Origin: Anthoceros angustus
Taxonomy: Eukaryota; Plantae; Anthocerotophyta
Direction: 5' to 3'
Length of the DNA stretch: 64,000 nt
Assembly: GCA_010909165.1 (NCBI GenBank)
Contig: MU008188.1
Span: forward strand, 434,001-498,000
The translations under genes and the position numbers were made by a program. Shown here in pieces: positions 1 through 21,329 of this stretch (its first letter is position 1; each line of letters begins with the position of its first letter). The notes beneath the pieces were generated by a model that searched no databases, was not told the DNA's origin, and saw only the letters and a program-made list of their open reading frames with translations.

Positions 1-193
1 CTGAAGAAGGGAGCTATCGCATAACCATTCATTGACAGGAGACGAGAGCAGACAGTTGAGGGCAAGCTGGGCATCGACTAAGGTCTGCCGCCTTTTTGGC
101 ATCGACAGGAGGAGTGAGAGTCCGGGAGATCAATCTTGTGGAGCGGACTGCGGTATGGCTGTGGCCGGGATGCCATGCTACAGGGCTTGTAGG

Positions 194-201
194 AAACCCT
201 A
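194..201 (+). promoter_or_regulatory. Telo-box (AAACCCTA) upstream of RBM25
   Basis: AAACCCTAG at 194-202, about 190 nt before the RBM25 ORF. Telo-boxes are typical near plant RNA-processing and translation genes. Confidence 0.4.
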
Positions 202-381
202 GCTTTGCGCTCTGTCTGCCATCGCAATCGCTCTTGGGCCGGAGGGCATTCTGCTGCCATTTCTCGGGTGCCGGGTCTGGCTATAACTATATATGGTGAG
301 CCGGGGCAGCCGCCACCATAGCCCGGTTGGTGCCGCCCGCTACCGTTAGGTCGCGCTTCTCTGCACCGGCCGTTTCCTACG

Positions 382-3152
382 ATGTCTCACTCTGCTCAAG
401 GTTATATGGCCCGTCCCATGCTCGGGCCTTCACCACCGGCGGCCAGCAGCATGCCTCTCACAAGACCGGTTAACGATGGAGTTCGCTCTCATCCTCCTGT
501 TCTGCAGCCTCCCTCTGGAATGACTGTGCCCGAGCTTGCTGCTAAAGGTGTCCCACGTTACCCGTCGCCGGCTTTTCCGACAATGCCTCCTCCTGCTCCA
601 GGATACCTGCCACGTCCTATGCTCGGGCCTTCACCGTCGCCGACCAGCAGCATGCCACTGCCAAGGCCACTTGGGAACGGCCTTCGACCTCATCCTCCTG
701 TTCTCAAACCACCTCCTGGAATCATACTCTCGGATCTTGCTGCCAAGGGCGTGGGTCAGCTTGTCGCCCCACCTGAAAAGCCTCACACTACAGTTTACGT
801 GGGGAAAATTTCTACAACCGTAGAGGATGACGTCTTAAGGTCCATTCTGGAGGTGAGGCTGCAAATTTATGCGTCACGGCTGTGATGAAGGAATCCATCA
901 CTCCACCAGCTAAGGTCTTCGTCGTCCCTTGTTTCAAGTTCTGCCTTTTTGGTATAAGTTCTCACTCATTCCCTTGGTGAGCAGCTGTGTGGTCCTATCA
1001 AAAGCTGGAAAAGGGCGCAGGATCCCACCACTGGGTTGCCGAAGGGATTTGGCTTTTGCGAATTTGAATCTGCTGAAGGTGTTCTGAGAGCTTTGAGGCT
1101 CCTGAACAAGTTCGCCCTCGATGGGCAGGAGCTTGTGGTATGTCTTTCACCCTTGTGATGAATAAGAACTGTCTGCATGTTTTGCCACAGCCAGACAGAC
1201 AGGCAGATTAGGGCAGGGATGCCACGACCTTCTGCTATCTTTTCATGAAACTGAATGACTGTTGTTACTTGTTCTGCAGTTGAATGTGAATCAAGCTACT
1301 CGTGAATATCTCGAGCGATATGTGGCCAGAAGGAAAGAAAGGGAGAGAATTCTCAAAGAGGAAGCTATCGCTGAGATCAAGGAGGAGGCTGCACCTGGTG
1401 TAGAGGTTGTGGACCATCCAGCCTATCCGCTTCTTGTGGCAAAGTTAGATGGAGCAGAGGATGATGCAAAAAAATTTGGACTTGTTACCGAGTTGGATGT
1501 GGAATCAGATAATTCGGCTGTGCAACTGCTTACTGCATTGCTGCAAGAAAGGTGGGTCCAGCTAGAGAAGTGAAATTTGTTCTTCTGGATGGCAACTTGT
1601 ACTTGGTTATCCACTGCACCTTTAGCAATGTGGTACTGACACTTAAGTTGCAGGGCAAAATTGATGCCACAGCCTCCTCCACCCAGTGCATCTCTAGATG
1701 CCTCAGGCAAGGGGACCTCGAACGCTGATACCATATTGAAGCCAAAGGAGGGTGATGCAAATCTGGACGGAAGTAAGAAAGCTGAAAGATCAGTTATTTG
1801 TTGCCAGTATGCTGGGATTCACAGTCTTGTTTGTTATTATGTTTGCAAATGGCTGTGGCTTTGTGATTGTAGATGATTCTTCTGCAAAGCTTGATGAGGA
1901 AGCAACGACTGACCACAAGGGACCAGCAGAAGTAGAAAGACCTGATGGTGGTCCTGCTGCTGAGCGGGGCAGGCGGAGTGAGAGAGACAAGGAAAGAGAT
2001 CGTGAGAGGGAGATGGAAAGGGAGAAGGATCGGGAGTTGGAACGATATGAGAGAGAGCGAGAAAGGGAGCGGTTGAAGCGAGAGAGAGAGAGAGAGATCA
2101 GGGTCCGTGAGGCAGAGCGTTTGTATGAGGAGAGGGAAAGGGAGTGGGAGGCCAGAGAGAGGGAAAGAGAACGACAACGAGCACATGACAGGGAACGTGA
2201 AAGGGATAGGGAACGAGATAGGCGCAGGGAGATAAAAGAGCAAGAGGAGGAGAGTGATGAGGAGGAGTGGAGAAAGAGGCGTTACAGGGAAAGTTTGCAA
2301 GATGAGAAGAGGAAGAGGAGGCAAAGGGAGAGGGAAGAAGATCTGGCAGATGTTGTGAGAGAGGAGCAGGAAGTGCTTGAAGTGAAAAGACAAAAAACAA
2401 AGCAAGTAAGCCCTTGTGAGATGGAAGTCGATGTTTACCGGCCTGAAGACCAGGAGGTACCTGCAGCTGCAGTGGTTGTGGATGTTGGAATACCTTCACA
2501 GCATGTCTCAGTGAAGGATGCAAGTCCTGGAAGTGTGTCAGAAGGTGAACAGCCACAGGGTAAGTGAGCAAGTGGAAAGCATTGCATGTTTCCGTCTGTT
2601 GCTTTTGTAGTCTGGCTTGTGAAACATACGTTTGGTACTAACATGGGCTTGTGGGGCCTTTCAGCCGAGGTGCTGATATCATCAAGCAATGGTGGCCATG
2701 ATATTGCAAGGCCTGAAGCAGGAGGGGATGTCGTAGCAGCTAACGAGTCTGAACTGAAACTGAAAAGTAACTCAAGTAACTCTGCTCCTCGGAAGCTGGG
2801 ATTTGGTCTGATGGGATCAGGGAGGCGTGCTGCTGTTCCATCAGTGTTTCATCAGGAGGATGAAGAGGAAATTCCTAAGGAGCGTATGCTACGACCTTTG
2901 GTTCCTATTGATTACAGTGCCGAGGAGATGCAGGCTGTTGCTCCTTCCAAGCAGTCTAATCAGCAGACTCCTGGCTTTGCTTCGAATCTTGCAGCAGCTG
3001 CAGAGTTTGCCAAGAGCTTGTCCAATTGTGGTCCCTCGGATGATACGGACCGAAATAGAAACAGAAAAGAGAGAGATCGAGGGGGTGAGCGAGATAAAGG
3101 TCGAAGGGACAAGGACAGGGGACGGCACAGGGACCGGGACAGGGAAAGAGAA

Positions 3153-3194
<42 letters not shown>

Positions 3195-3727
3195 CGGGAC
3201 AGGGACAGGGACAGACACAGGGATAGAGATAGGGAGAGGGATAAGGAGCACGACAGAGACAAAGAGAGGCAGTCGGACAAGGGAAAAGTGGCTGAACCCA
3301 GAATTATGGACACAAAGCAACTCATCGATAGTATACCTAAGACGAGGGACGAACTATTTGCATATCCAGTGGACTGGAAAATCTATGACAAGGTACAGGT
3401 AGCTTGCTCTCGTTGTTGTTTGTGGTTTCATCTCACGATTGCTGATATAATTCGTGGTAATGTGTGTTGTGGCAGCATGACCTCCACGAGAGGATGCGGC
3501 CTTGGATAGCAAAGAAGATCACTGAATTTTTGGGGGAGGAAGAAAACACCTTGGTTGAGTTCATCGTGAATCACACGCAAAAGCACGTAACGGCTTCCAA
3601 CATGCTTGGGCACTTGGAGAGGGTTTTGGATGATGAGGCTGAAATGTTTGTGCTGAAGATGTGGAGGATGTTGATATTCGAGATCCGACTAGTAGAAACT
3701 GGCCTGGCTTCCAGAGCCAAGGCATAG
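382..3727 (+). CDS. RBM25: RNA-binding protein 25-like splicing factor (Pro-rich N-terminus, RRM, RE/RD-rich region, PWI domain), 6 exons
   Basis: RRM: KPHTTVYVGKISTTVEDD..CGPIKSWKRAQDPTTGLPKGFGFCEFESAEGVLRALRLLN. C-terminal PWI: HERMRPWIAKKITEFLGEEENTLVEFI..VLKMWRMLIFE. GT-AG introns at 853-984, 1138-1279, 1552-1653, 1773-1872, about 2560-2664 and about 3393-3473. The start codon is less certain. Confidence 0.93.
3120..3240 (+). repeat. (GACAGG)n coding hexamer repeat encoding the Asp-Arg tract of RBM25
   Basis: gggacagggacagggacagg.. translates to DRDRDRDR in the RBM25 frame. Confidence 0.9.
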
Positions 3728-3732
3728 TATAC

Positions 3733-3818
3733 TCAGTCTAGCCTAGCCTAGCTTAGGCTAACCTAGCCTTGCTGCCAGGCTAGGCTAGGCTTGGCTAGCC
3801 TAAGCTAGGCTGGGCTGA
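3733..3818. repeat. Inverted repeat (fold-back) made of CTAGC units immediately after the RBM25 stop codon
   Basis: AGCCTAGCTTAGGCTA (3745-3760) is the exact reverse complement of 3796-3811. An inner CCTAGCCT/AGGCTAGG pair is also present. Confidence 0.75.
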
Positions 3819-4165
3819 GGTGACGCTTCGTCTCTTTTCTCTTTGTTGTTTGTCCAAACTGTCACGGCAGGTAGCAAGGTTGTGGCCATAGGAGCAATTC
3901 CGGGGCAGTCGAGCATTTTGGCGCTCTGAAACTCCTGCCTCTAGCCTCTGTAGCTCTTTTGTCTGTACTTTTAAAATTTTGGGACTGGAGTTGGAAATGT
4001 GTACCTAGTGCCTTCCCTGGGCGTGGTTTTAACAATTGGGCATACCACATGATGCATAGGTAATGTGGTAGGTGCGCTCTTGTGTCAGTGGTCTCCTCGG
4101 CAAAGGCTCGGGCTGGCTTCTACTTCAATTCGGGTAAACTGTGGCACCATCTCCTTGTGCTTGTG

Positions 4166-5978
4166 ATGGAACTGGGCGTGGTGAGATTGGCTATCTTGTC
4201 GCGCTCAGCTTTGTTGGCGCTGCTGGCATTGTCTCGCGCCGTGGCTGGCCCATACGACACGTCCGCCGGTCTGGATGTTCCGTGTCTCGGCTCTTCCGGC
4301 AGCGGGAGCAGCCCGGGCAGCAGCAGCAGTGGGCTGGGCCGGGTGTTGGAGGAGTCTGTGGTCTGGGATGGGGTGTACTACGTGCGGATCGCTCAGTGCG
4401 GGTACGAGTACGAGCAGACGCACGCATTCCTGCCTCTGCTGCCGCTCGCCATGCGCCTCTTGGCCACCACAGGTGATACTTGCAACGCCTTCGCCTTCCT
4501 CTCTTGGCTTGTCTGCCTCCTCCTCACTCTCCCGCAGTCTTTTCCAGGTTGACGCCTCTACTGGGGTTCAGAGCTACTCTCGCGCTTTCGGGCTATGTCA
4601 TCAACAACGCTGCTTTCATCCTGGCTGCTTGCTATTTCTACAGGTGCGGCTACGGCCTGCAGCAGCTCATGCGTTGCATTGCACATCTGCTAGCATGCCT
4701 TACCTTTTCCTCTCCTCATCAGATTGTCAAGGCACGTTCTGCAAAACGAAAATTCCGCACGGAGGGCCACAGCTTTGTTCTGCTTCAATCCGGCCTCGGT
4801 TTTCTATTCCTCCTTGTAAGATCTCACCTTTGATTGCTGACAGCCTTGACGTGCATTGTGTTTCTTGACCTGGGGACACCACCCGCACCCGCACCCGCAC
4901 CTAATTCCATCCTTGTGCTCTGCCGCAGATACAGCGAGAGTCTCTTCAGCCTGCTCTCCTTCGCGGGCCTGTGGCACCTGGTTTCGGGAGCCAGATGGAA
5001 AGCGGTCCTCCTGTTCGCCCTTTCTTGTGCCGTCCGCTCCAACGGAGTGCTACATGCCGGCTTCTTCCTATTCGAAGCCATGCACGAAGCAGCGGCATCG
5101 CTGGCGCTGGCAAGGGCAACGAAGCGGTGGCCCCGGGCTCTTGCGCACTGCCTCAGAGTTGTGCTCATCGCATCCATCCAGACCCTAGGTACGGTTGCCC
5201 CGTTCCTTGCTTTCCAAGCGTTCGGCTATTACCGGATGTGCCATGACGCCAGCAGGCGACAAGATCGAGGCTGGTGTTCCGACTCCATTCCGTATGTCTA
5301 CGGCTCCGTCCAAAGCCGGTACTGGTAAGCAACGAGGTTGGCTTTTGCAATCGTAGCGCGCAGCTCAATTCATGCACGCATTTCTCCGACTCTAATTCTC
5401 GGTTGCCTGCAGGAACGTCGGGTTGTTTCGCTACTTTGAGGTGAAGCAACTTCCCAACTTCCTCCTCGCATCGCCTATGCTTCTGCTGGCGACATGCACT
5501 GTCACGTCCATGGCTGCACGCCAGAAGGTCGGCTTCTGGGCTCTGGGCCTTCCTGAATCTTTGAAGCATATGCGCGGCCTCAGGGTGGGCCAATGTGACA
5601 AGACCAGGAAGTCGAGATTCGGGTCTTCCGGGGCCTTGTGTTTTGTCTATCAGCTGGCGCTGATGACTGCGGTGGTGGCCTTGGTCATGCACGTGCAGGT
5701 ATGTACGTGGGATTCCACTCCTTTTGTTTCCCCCTTTGTTTTTTCCCTTAAAAGTTGTCTCTCCGCTTGTTTGTACAAAAGCACAAGCGTGATGAACAAG
5801 CCCTAAAGCCCGTTACGTCCTCCTCCCGCAGGTCGCCACCCGCTTTCTTTCCGTCAGTCCAGCGCTATACTGGTTCGCGGCGGAAGCCAAGAGCGTGGAG
5901 CGCCTGGTGTGGCTGCACTTCCTGGCCTACTCCGCGGTAGGGACTTTGCTGTTCGCCAATTTTTATCCTTTCACGTAG
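4166..5978 (+). CDS. PIGV: GPI mannosyltransferase 2 (PIG-V/GPI18), spliced
   Basis: Motifs YDTS, WDGVYYVRIAQCGYEYEQTHAFLPLLP, FYSSLYSESLF (across an intron), RSNG, [38 protein letters not shown] and C-terminal ANFYPFT-stop (TAG 5976-5978). GT-AG introns. Confidence 0.92.
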
Positions 5979-6714
5979 GGAAAGGATTTGGCGCACCCTG
6001 GTTGGTGAGCAGCTTGTACTTTGCGCACACCACTGTGCACAGTTAAGTCCCCGTCTCCTGGGATGTTATGATTCTGGAATCCCGCAGGGCCCCAGGGCGG
6101 GACAGGGCAGTGTCAGTGGTGGCGTCAGCCGGCGAGGGCGAATCCATGCGGCTCCGTGAGTCGAATTGGGGCGCGACGCGGCGGGTCGTCTCCTCTATCC
6201 CTGGTCCCTGGTCCCTGGTGGCCTCTACACTTGCAGCGTACTGTATATATATTTGTATGGTATCCATGCTGCCTTTCTACAGTGCACAGACTCTGCCTTG
6301 CTCAACACTCTCACCCGGCACCCGGCACCCGGCACCCGGCGGGAACTTCGAGCTCGGCGGGTTTATGTACATACATAGATATGTATGTATGACAGTGTCG
6401 CACCTCGGAAGCGACCGGACGGTACGTCACTTGGACCCCCGACTATAACGGCCCTCTTGCCCGGGCTGAGGGATACACACTGTGGATACGGGTTGTCCGG
6501 AGGCGGGAGCTGGCCATGAATATTAGATATATCTGGAATATCGCAGCGACAAGAACAACAACTGTCCCCGTTTTCTGCTCTCCTTCTCCTTCTCCTTCTC
6601 CTCCTCCTGCTCTGCATCTTCCTTTTCCTCTCTTCTTCTTCTCCTCTTCTCTTCACCCGGATCCGGGGCCGCAGCCGCAGCCGGTGCTCCGCCCTGGTGT
6701 GCGCTGCTGCAGCC

Positions 6715-16582
<9,868 letters not shown>

Positions 16583-17755
16583 GCAGACTCCCGGATAGTT
16601 CCTTCGAAGGAACTGTGCCCAGGGGCTAGCCCTACAACGCAGTGAGTTGATCTCGGTTTCGCGAAGTGACAAACGTGGCGGTTGTTTCACAACGGGAGAC
16701 TCACTACGTTCTTCCAGGTCTCAGAGATCAGAGAGTGACTACTTGGCATTTTCGATTTGCGGCGACGACCCTTTTGGATGGTTCTTCTCCGGCAACATTT
16801 TGGATGTGCCAGGAGCGGGTACCGGAAGCCTTGGAATGTAATTTATGTCATAGGTTGTGATAAGACCATAGGTGATAAATGCTTGCGCTCTTATCACTTT
16901 TCGAACAAAAGTTGCTTGTCGTTTATCATTTTCTCCAAGGGAATTGCAGATGTATTGAGAGTATGTATGCGACTCATAACCCGCATTTCCGCCATTTGAT
17001 CTGTAGCACTTAGATGCTGTGTTGGTGGTAAGCTCTCTTGAGGGGATGGTACAACATTTCACAGAAGCTCTGACACATTGACTATGTATTTAGGGTTTAG
17101 GGTATCGAAAACGAGACAGGAGAGGGTAGGGGTGTCTCGTCTTGAAGTTCCGATGAACATGGCTGCCATGTCACTCTTCAAGTTCATGGCTGCCATGTCA
17201 CTCTTCAAGGGATCTCTGCTTAACCATGAAGGTTCCCTGGAAACACTTGTAACAAAAGTGAATATTTTTACTTTATTTTCATTTCTAAAAAATAATCTCT
17301 AAATAATAAATTACACGGGAGGATGATACAAGTATACACAGCGTAAGAGCAAATGAGAAGCCATGCCCGGAGTCGGGAAATGTATAACCCGGGTGACCAC
17401 TGCATGACGTTCTCCCAGCGAGCCCCGACGAGAAACTTCCAGACACGTAGCGGCTTGGTTCTTCCGAGCTGCTCGGTCATTCTAACATAACACGTGCACG
17501 ACATCGCGTAGGGTTTGTACCTGTACGAGGACATTGGCTCATGGATGTGACGGACTTTGAACGAGAGACTATGTACGTCAGAAGGCGCGAATTGACAAAC
17601 CCAGATGCTCCCCAAAGTAGGGTAGCCACCAGCGGGGTTGGCTGCCTGCCCAGACACCTACAGAGTAGCCGACTCGCAAAAATCTCTAGACACTATATCA
17701 ATCCAGACTCCAGAATGAGAGTTTAGAGGAACTGGAAGCAAGCAGCATCCGCCCA

Positions 17756-18298
17756 TCAGTTGTGCAAAGGATTGGGGCCACTGGGGACGACATGAAGCGA
17801 TGCTCCCAGTATTTCTTGCAAGGGCTTCTGCAAACCCCGAGGTGGTGAAGGTGACCGTTTGAACCAAACCCTGGAGTCGGCTTGGATGGTCAGAAAGGAG
17901 ATGGACGGTTTTCCCGGGCTTCCCGACTGCTGCAGCAACTTAGAAGCTGCCGGAGGGCTGTCCTCAAAAACCCGCAGAGTGGTGGCCTTCAGCTTCCTGC
18001 TTGTCGCAGCAGTACTAGTGGCTTTGCCTCCCGATGCTGCACTGCCCCACTTCTGTACATGAGATTGTCGCCAAACTGCTGTCTGCCCGGCTGGTGGAGC
18101 TCTCCAGAGCACGGTCTCCGAATGAAGAAGCGGGGACCTTGACAGACCCAACCACATAGTTGCAGCTCCCAGCAAGAGAAAGAGGAAGACCAAGATGCTG
18201 GAGACGAGTGCTTTGTGAAACGAAGTCGAAGGCCTGTTTTGTTTGCGAGCCTCGGAGAGCATTGCACTTGCAGCCGGTTCAGGAAGAGGTGAAACCAT
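17756..18298 (-). CDS. CLE: CLE (CLAVATA3/ESR) peptide hormone precursor, single exon, mature peptide HVVPSGPNPLHN
   Basis: 180-aa ORF with an N-terminal hydrophobic signal segment (ALVSSILVFLFLLLGAATMWLGL) and a low-complexity variable domain. The terminal dodecapeptide at 17759-17794 is directly followed by a stop and matches the CLE consensus xxVPSGPNPLHN. Confidence 0.88.
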   Translation of the reverse strand: MVSPLPEPAASAMLSEARKQNRPSTSFHKALVSSILVFLFLLLGAATMWLGLSRSPLLHSETVLWRAPPAGQTAVWRQSHVQKWGSAASGGKATSTAATSRKLKATTLRVFEDSPPAASKLLQQSGSPGKPSISFLTIQADSRVWFKRSPSPPRGLQKPLQEILGASLHVVPSGPNPLHN

Positions 18299-18671
18299 CT
18301 TTCTGCTTACGAAGTTTATAAGGCTACCTCACAGTTGTGACCTCTGCTGCTGGATAGAATGACATGGACATTCAGACATCAGGTGAGGATGAGGGTTGCA
18401 GAGCTTGTGCAAAGAAACCTTGCATCAGTCAAAAGCCATCAAACTCACCGGTGGTGGCAAATGGGAATACGATGCAATTGGTCCGTGAAAGCAAGTAAGA
18501 ATGCAAGACGCTCCTGTTCAGGAGGAACAAACTGAAACATCGGCCGTGAGCTGTATACTTGGGATGTCCGAGCGTGCAAGCATCCCCTCGTCCAGGACGC
18601 GAGTCAAAAGGCTGGGAAGCGGAGGAGAGGCTGTAGCCAGCTGGAAAATGACACCATGACCCTACTGCGAC

Positions 18672-18721
18672 TGCAGGCACAGGCACAGACACAGCCACAG
18701 CCACAGCCACAGGTCTGTTCT

Positions 18722-18773
<52 letters not shown>

Positions 18774-18878
18774 TCTGTTCTCTTCTCCCTGTGCAACAAA
18801 TGTACCCTCAAATATACTTGCGGCATCACGGCACAGGTCACGTCTGCCTCTGCCTCTGCCTCTGCCTCAGCCTCTGCC
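18672..18878. repeat. Hexamer microsatellites (GGCACA)n, (GCCACA)n and (GCCTCT)n
   Basis: Direct reading: caggcacaggcacag.. at 18672-18772 and tctgcctctgcc.. at 18843-18878. Confidence 0.85.
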
Positions 18879-18890
18879 GCGCTGAGCTTC

Positions 18891-18995
18891 CTTCTTCCGG
18901 ACGATTCCACAGAGGTGAGTGCGCGCGTCACCCACGGCCTGGAAAACATATCTAACTATTGACGTCAAACAGCTGCTTCCAAGAGACCCAGCATT
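18891..18995 (+). repeat. 105-bp direct repeat, copy 1 (copy 2 at 20675-20779)
   Basis: cttcttccggacgattccacagag...gacccagcatt is present twice, 1784 bp apart, with only a few substitutions. Confidence 0.9.
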
Positions 18996-19329
18996 GGTCA
19001 AAGGCTTTTGTCCAAGTGGGTACGAGGCGCAGAGCATGCAGCCTGCAGGTGTACTTGCTTCCATTACAATGTACCCCACTATCTCGGCAATAAAGCTTTT
19101 TGCTCTCCGTCTTCAATCAATAACTGGCAGGATCTGTCTCACCAGGGACCTCTGCGGGGTTGCAGGGCTAGTAGGAACAACGTGGGGTTTGTGGGCTCCA
19201 CGCGCCCTCTTTTGCTCTGAGCATGCGCACATGGTCGGTCACATGGCAGCAGGTGCTACAAACTCCCTCCCGATATCTTACGACGGCTTACGTGCTTTTT
19301 TGATGCCAGCCACGCGCTGCCCCATCCCA

Positions 19330-20674
19330 ACTATGGAATGCACGATGTATTGACAAAGGTTTTGAGGAGGGCTGGGTGATCAGTCCCCAGCCACCACTGA
19401 GAGGAGAACTGGGTGTGTACGCATTCTAATTTTTGGCTCCTTCTCGTTTCCCAAGTCCAGGTAGTCTGAATGTGGATTTGTGGTCTGTATCAGGAGGACG
19501 AAGGTGGGAATCGTGGGGTGTGGGCCTGCCGGCTCGCAGCAGCAGACCGATTCAACAAGGCAGGTCATACTGTTACCGTCTATGTATGAGCGAGCGGACT
19601 GGATGTGGGGACTGATGATATACGGTGTACCCAACATGGAGACAGAGAAGACTGGTGTAGGACAGGGTCGAGTTGACTTTGAGGCAGCAGAGGGTGTCAA
19701 CTTCTTTGGAAATGCGCACATGAGGTCAGATCGACGATAGTCTGTGGAGAACGTCCGGAAGGAGAACTATGCTCTCATTCTGGCTTGTGGTGCTAAAAAC
19801 CCACCACGGCAAGCTCGTGGTATGAACAACATGTGACTGTCAGCACAAGCTGTCCAGCAGCACCTCTTAATTTTGGGTGTTTGCATCATGGTACGTGTTC
19901 ATTTCATGCAGGGATCATCAGGTCGAAGTGGACTGTCACTGTGCTGTTCTGCTCTTGACATTCACGAACTCCTGCACACTTATATTGACAAGTCTGAGAT
20001 TGTTGCCTGTATGCTTCACTGGGTTCCTCATGACAGAGAACCTTGACAGACTTAATGTAGGCCGTCTGCAGCTCCTTAACAATTCTGTCTTTGATTTTAC
20101 AGTGGCCACGGGTTTCCGGTGTTGACTATGGTTATGAAGAAGCATCAACAAAGTTTGGACACAAACAAATTTAGGAAAGGGTCCTAGGACTCACGAACTT
20201 TGCCAAACAGGCTCATCGATGACGAAGATGGACACGTCTTGAAAACGGTTTAAAGTTGTCCGATGCAGTGGGGAAACCATGCTTCTGGAGAGTTCCAGAT
20301 GCAGGAATTCGTAGGGTCTGAAGAAAGAATAGAAGCTGACCTTGTTCTGTTGAGTCTATGGGAATTCTAGGTCCTGAGCAGGTACCGGTAGCGGTGAAAC
20401 TGAGGTTAAAGCCCACATTATTGTTTTCTTTCCCGTGCTTCTCCCATCGGCTGACTGTTCCCTTTCGTCAGTTCACTGTCTTCTGTATGATCCATCTGCT
20501 GGGGTTGATGCACATAACATTCCTGACAGACTGGGCTTGCATAGAGATGTTCGCTCGAATTTCAAGGCTGACTTTCGACGATCTGCAGCAAAGGTGGACC
20601 AATCCTTGTCAAGAGATAGTCCACTTTGATGCCTCCATCAGAAGTGGAATCATCATCTGGTAGTGGACGGGGGT
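19330..20674 (+). pseudogene. Unprocessed partial duplicate of the 3' (beta-subunit) region of NADH-GOGAT
   Basis: Collinear with about 14700-16388 including intron sequences. It has frameshifts, stops and internal deletions, including loss of most of exon 15275-15542. Confidence 0.92.
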
Positions 20675-20779
20675 CTTCTTCCGGACGATTCCACAGAGGG
20701 GAGTGCGCTCGTCACCCACGGCCTGGAAACCATATCTAACTGTTGACGTCAAACAGCTGCTTCCAAGAGACCCAGCATT
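20675..20779 (+). repeat. 105-bp direct repeat, copy 2
   Basis: Near-identical to 18891-18995. Similarity stops abruptly at 20779. Confidence 0.9.
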
Positions 20780-21329
20780 AAACATGAAAACCTAAGTTCG
20801 ATGACGACTCTTGACACAGGTTCTTGTTAAATTGTGTGCAAAACGACCAATGCACTCTGTTTTTCGAGCAACATTTAAATGTGGCTCGGAAAACATACTG
20901 TACACCCGGCTGGATGGACTCGACTTTTCCTTTTGTTTGTGCGGGCAACGCACCGGTTCCCCGTCCGCGGCACCCCTGCCCGCTCCTAGTCTTTGCACAC
21001 CCCTTTAAGGCGCAGGAGCTATTGGTACACACGAACGAAGTAATGAGGCACATAACACGAGGCCGGCGCAAATGGTTTTGCCTTCGGCATCCCATATGTC
21101 ATGGGGCCATGCCCACTCGCACCCACTGCGCATGTCCACACCATCCCGCACACGTTACCGTTGGACGGCACCAGCTTGCCGCGCCAGTTTGGACGCCCGT
21201 TCCGCCAAACTCCGTCCCTAAGTTGTGCCAGGGCATAGTTATTCCAGGAAAACGAAAACGGGCGGGCAAAACGCTTTGGTTTCAAAACACATGTTAATGA
21301 AAGCCTCCGGACCTTCCCCCGCTCAATTA

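Noticed and set aside
293-349. ATG micro-exon followed by a GTGAG donor as the RBM25 start
   Set aside because: The nearest acceptor (349) gives a 54-nt intron that is out of frame with the 382 ORF.
1794-3402. Long antisense or alternative-frame ORFs (SLSLSL, VPVPVP, GTGTGT)
   Set aside because: They are shadows of the RE/RD coding repeats of RBM25.
17089-17102. Telomere or chromosome end (TTTAGGG x2)
   Set aside because: Only two units, interstitial. Similar short units occur in the Copia LTR.
17756-18298. Type II membrane glycosyltransferase N-terminal fragment
   Set aside because: The ORF ends precisely in a CLE dodecapeptide plus stop, and no catalytic exons follow.
18919-19353. ORF in the repeat-flanked block as a real gene (weak LLSKWV AAA-like echo in another frame)
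   Set aside because: The match is too short, there is no Walker motif, and the ORF runs into the GOGAT pseudogene. Left unassigned.
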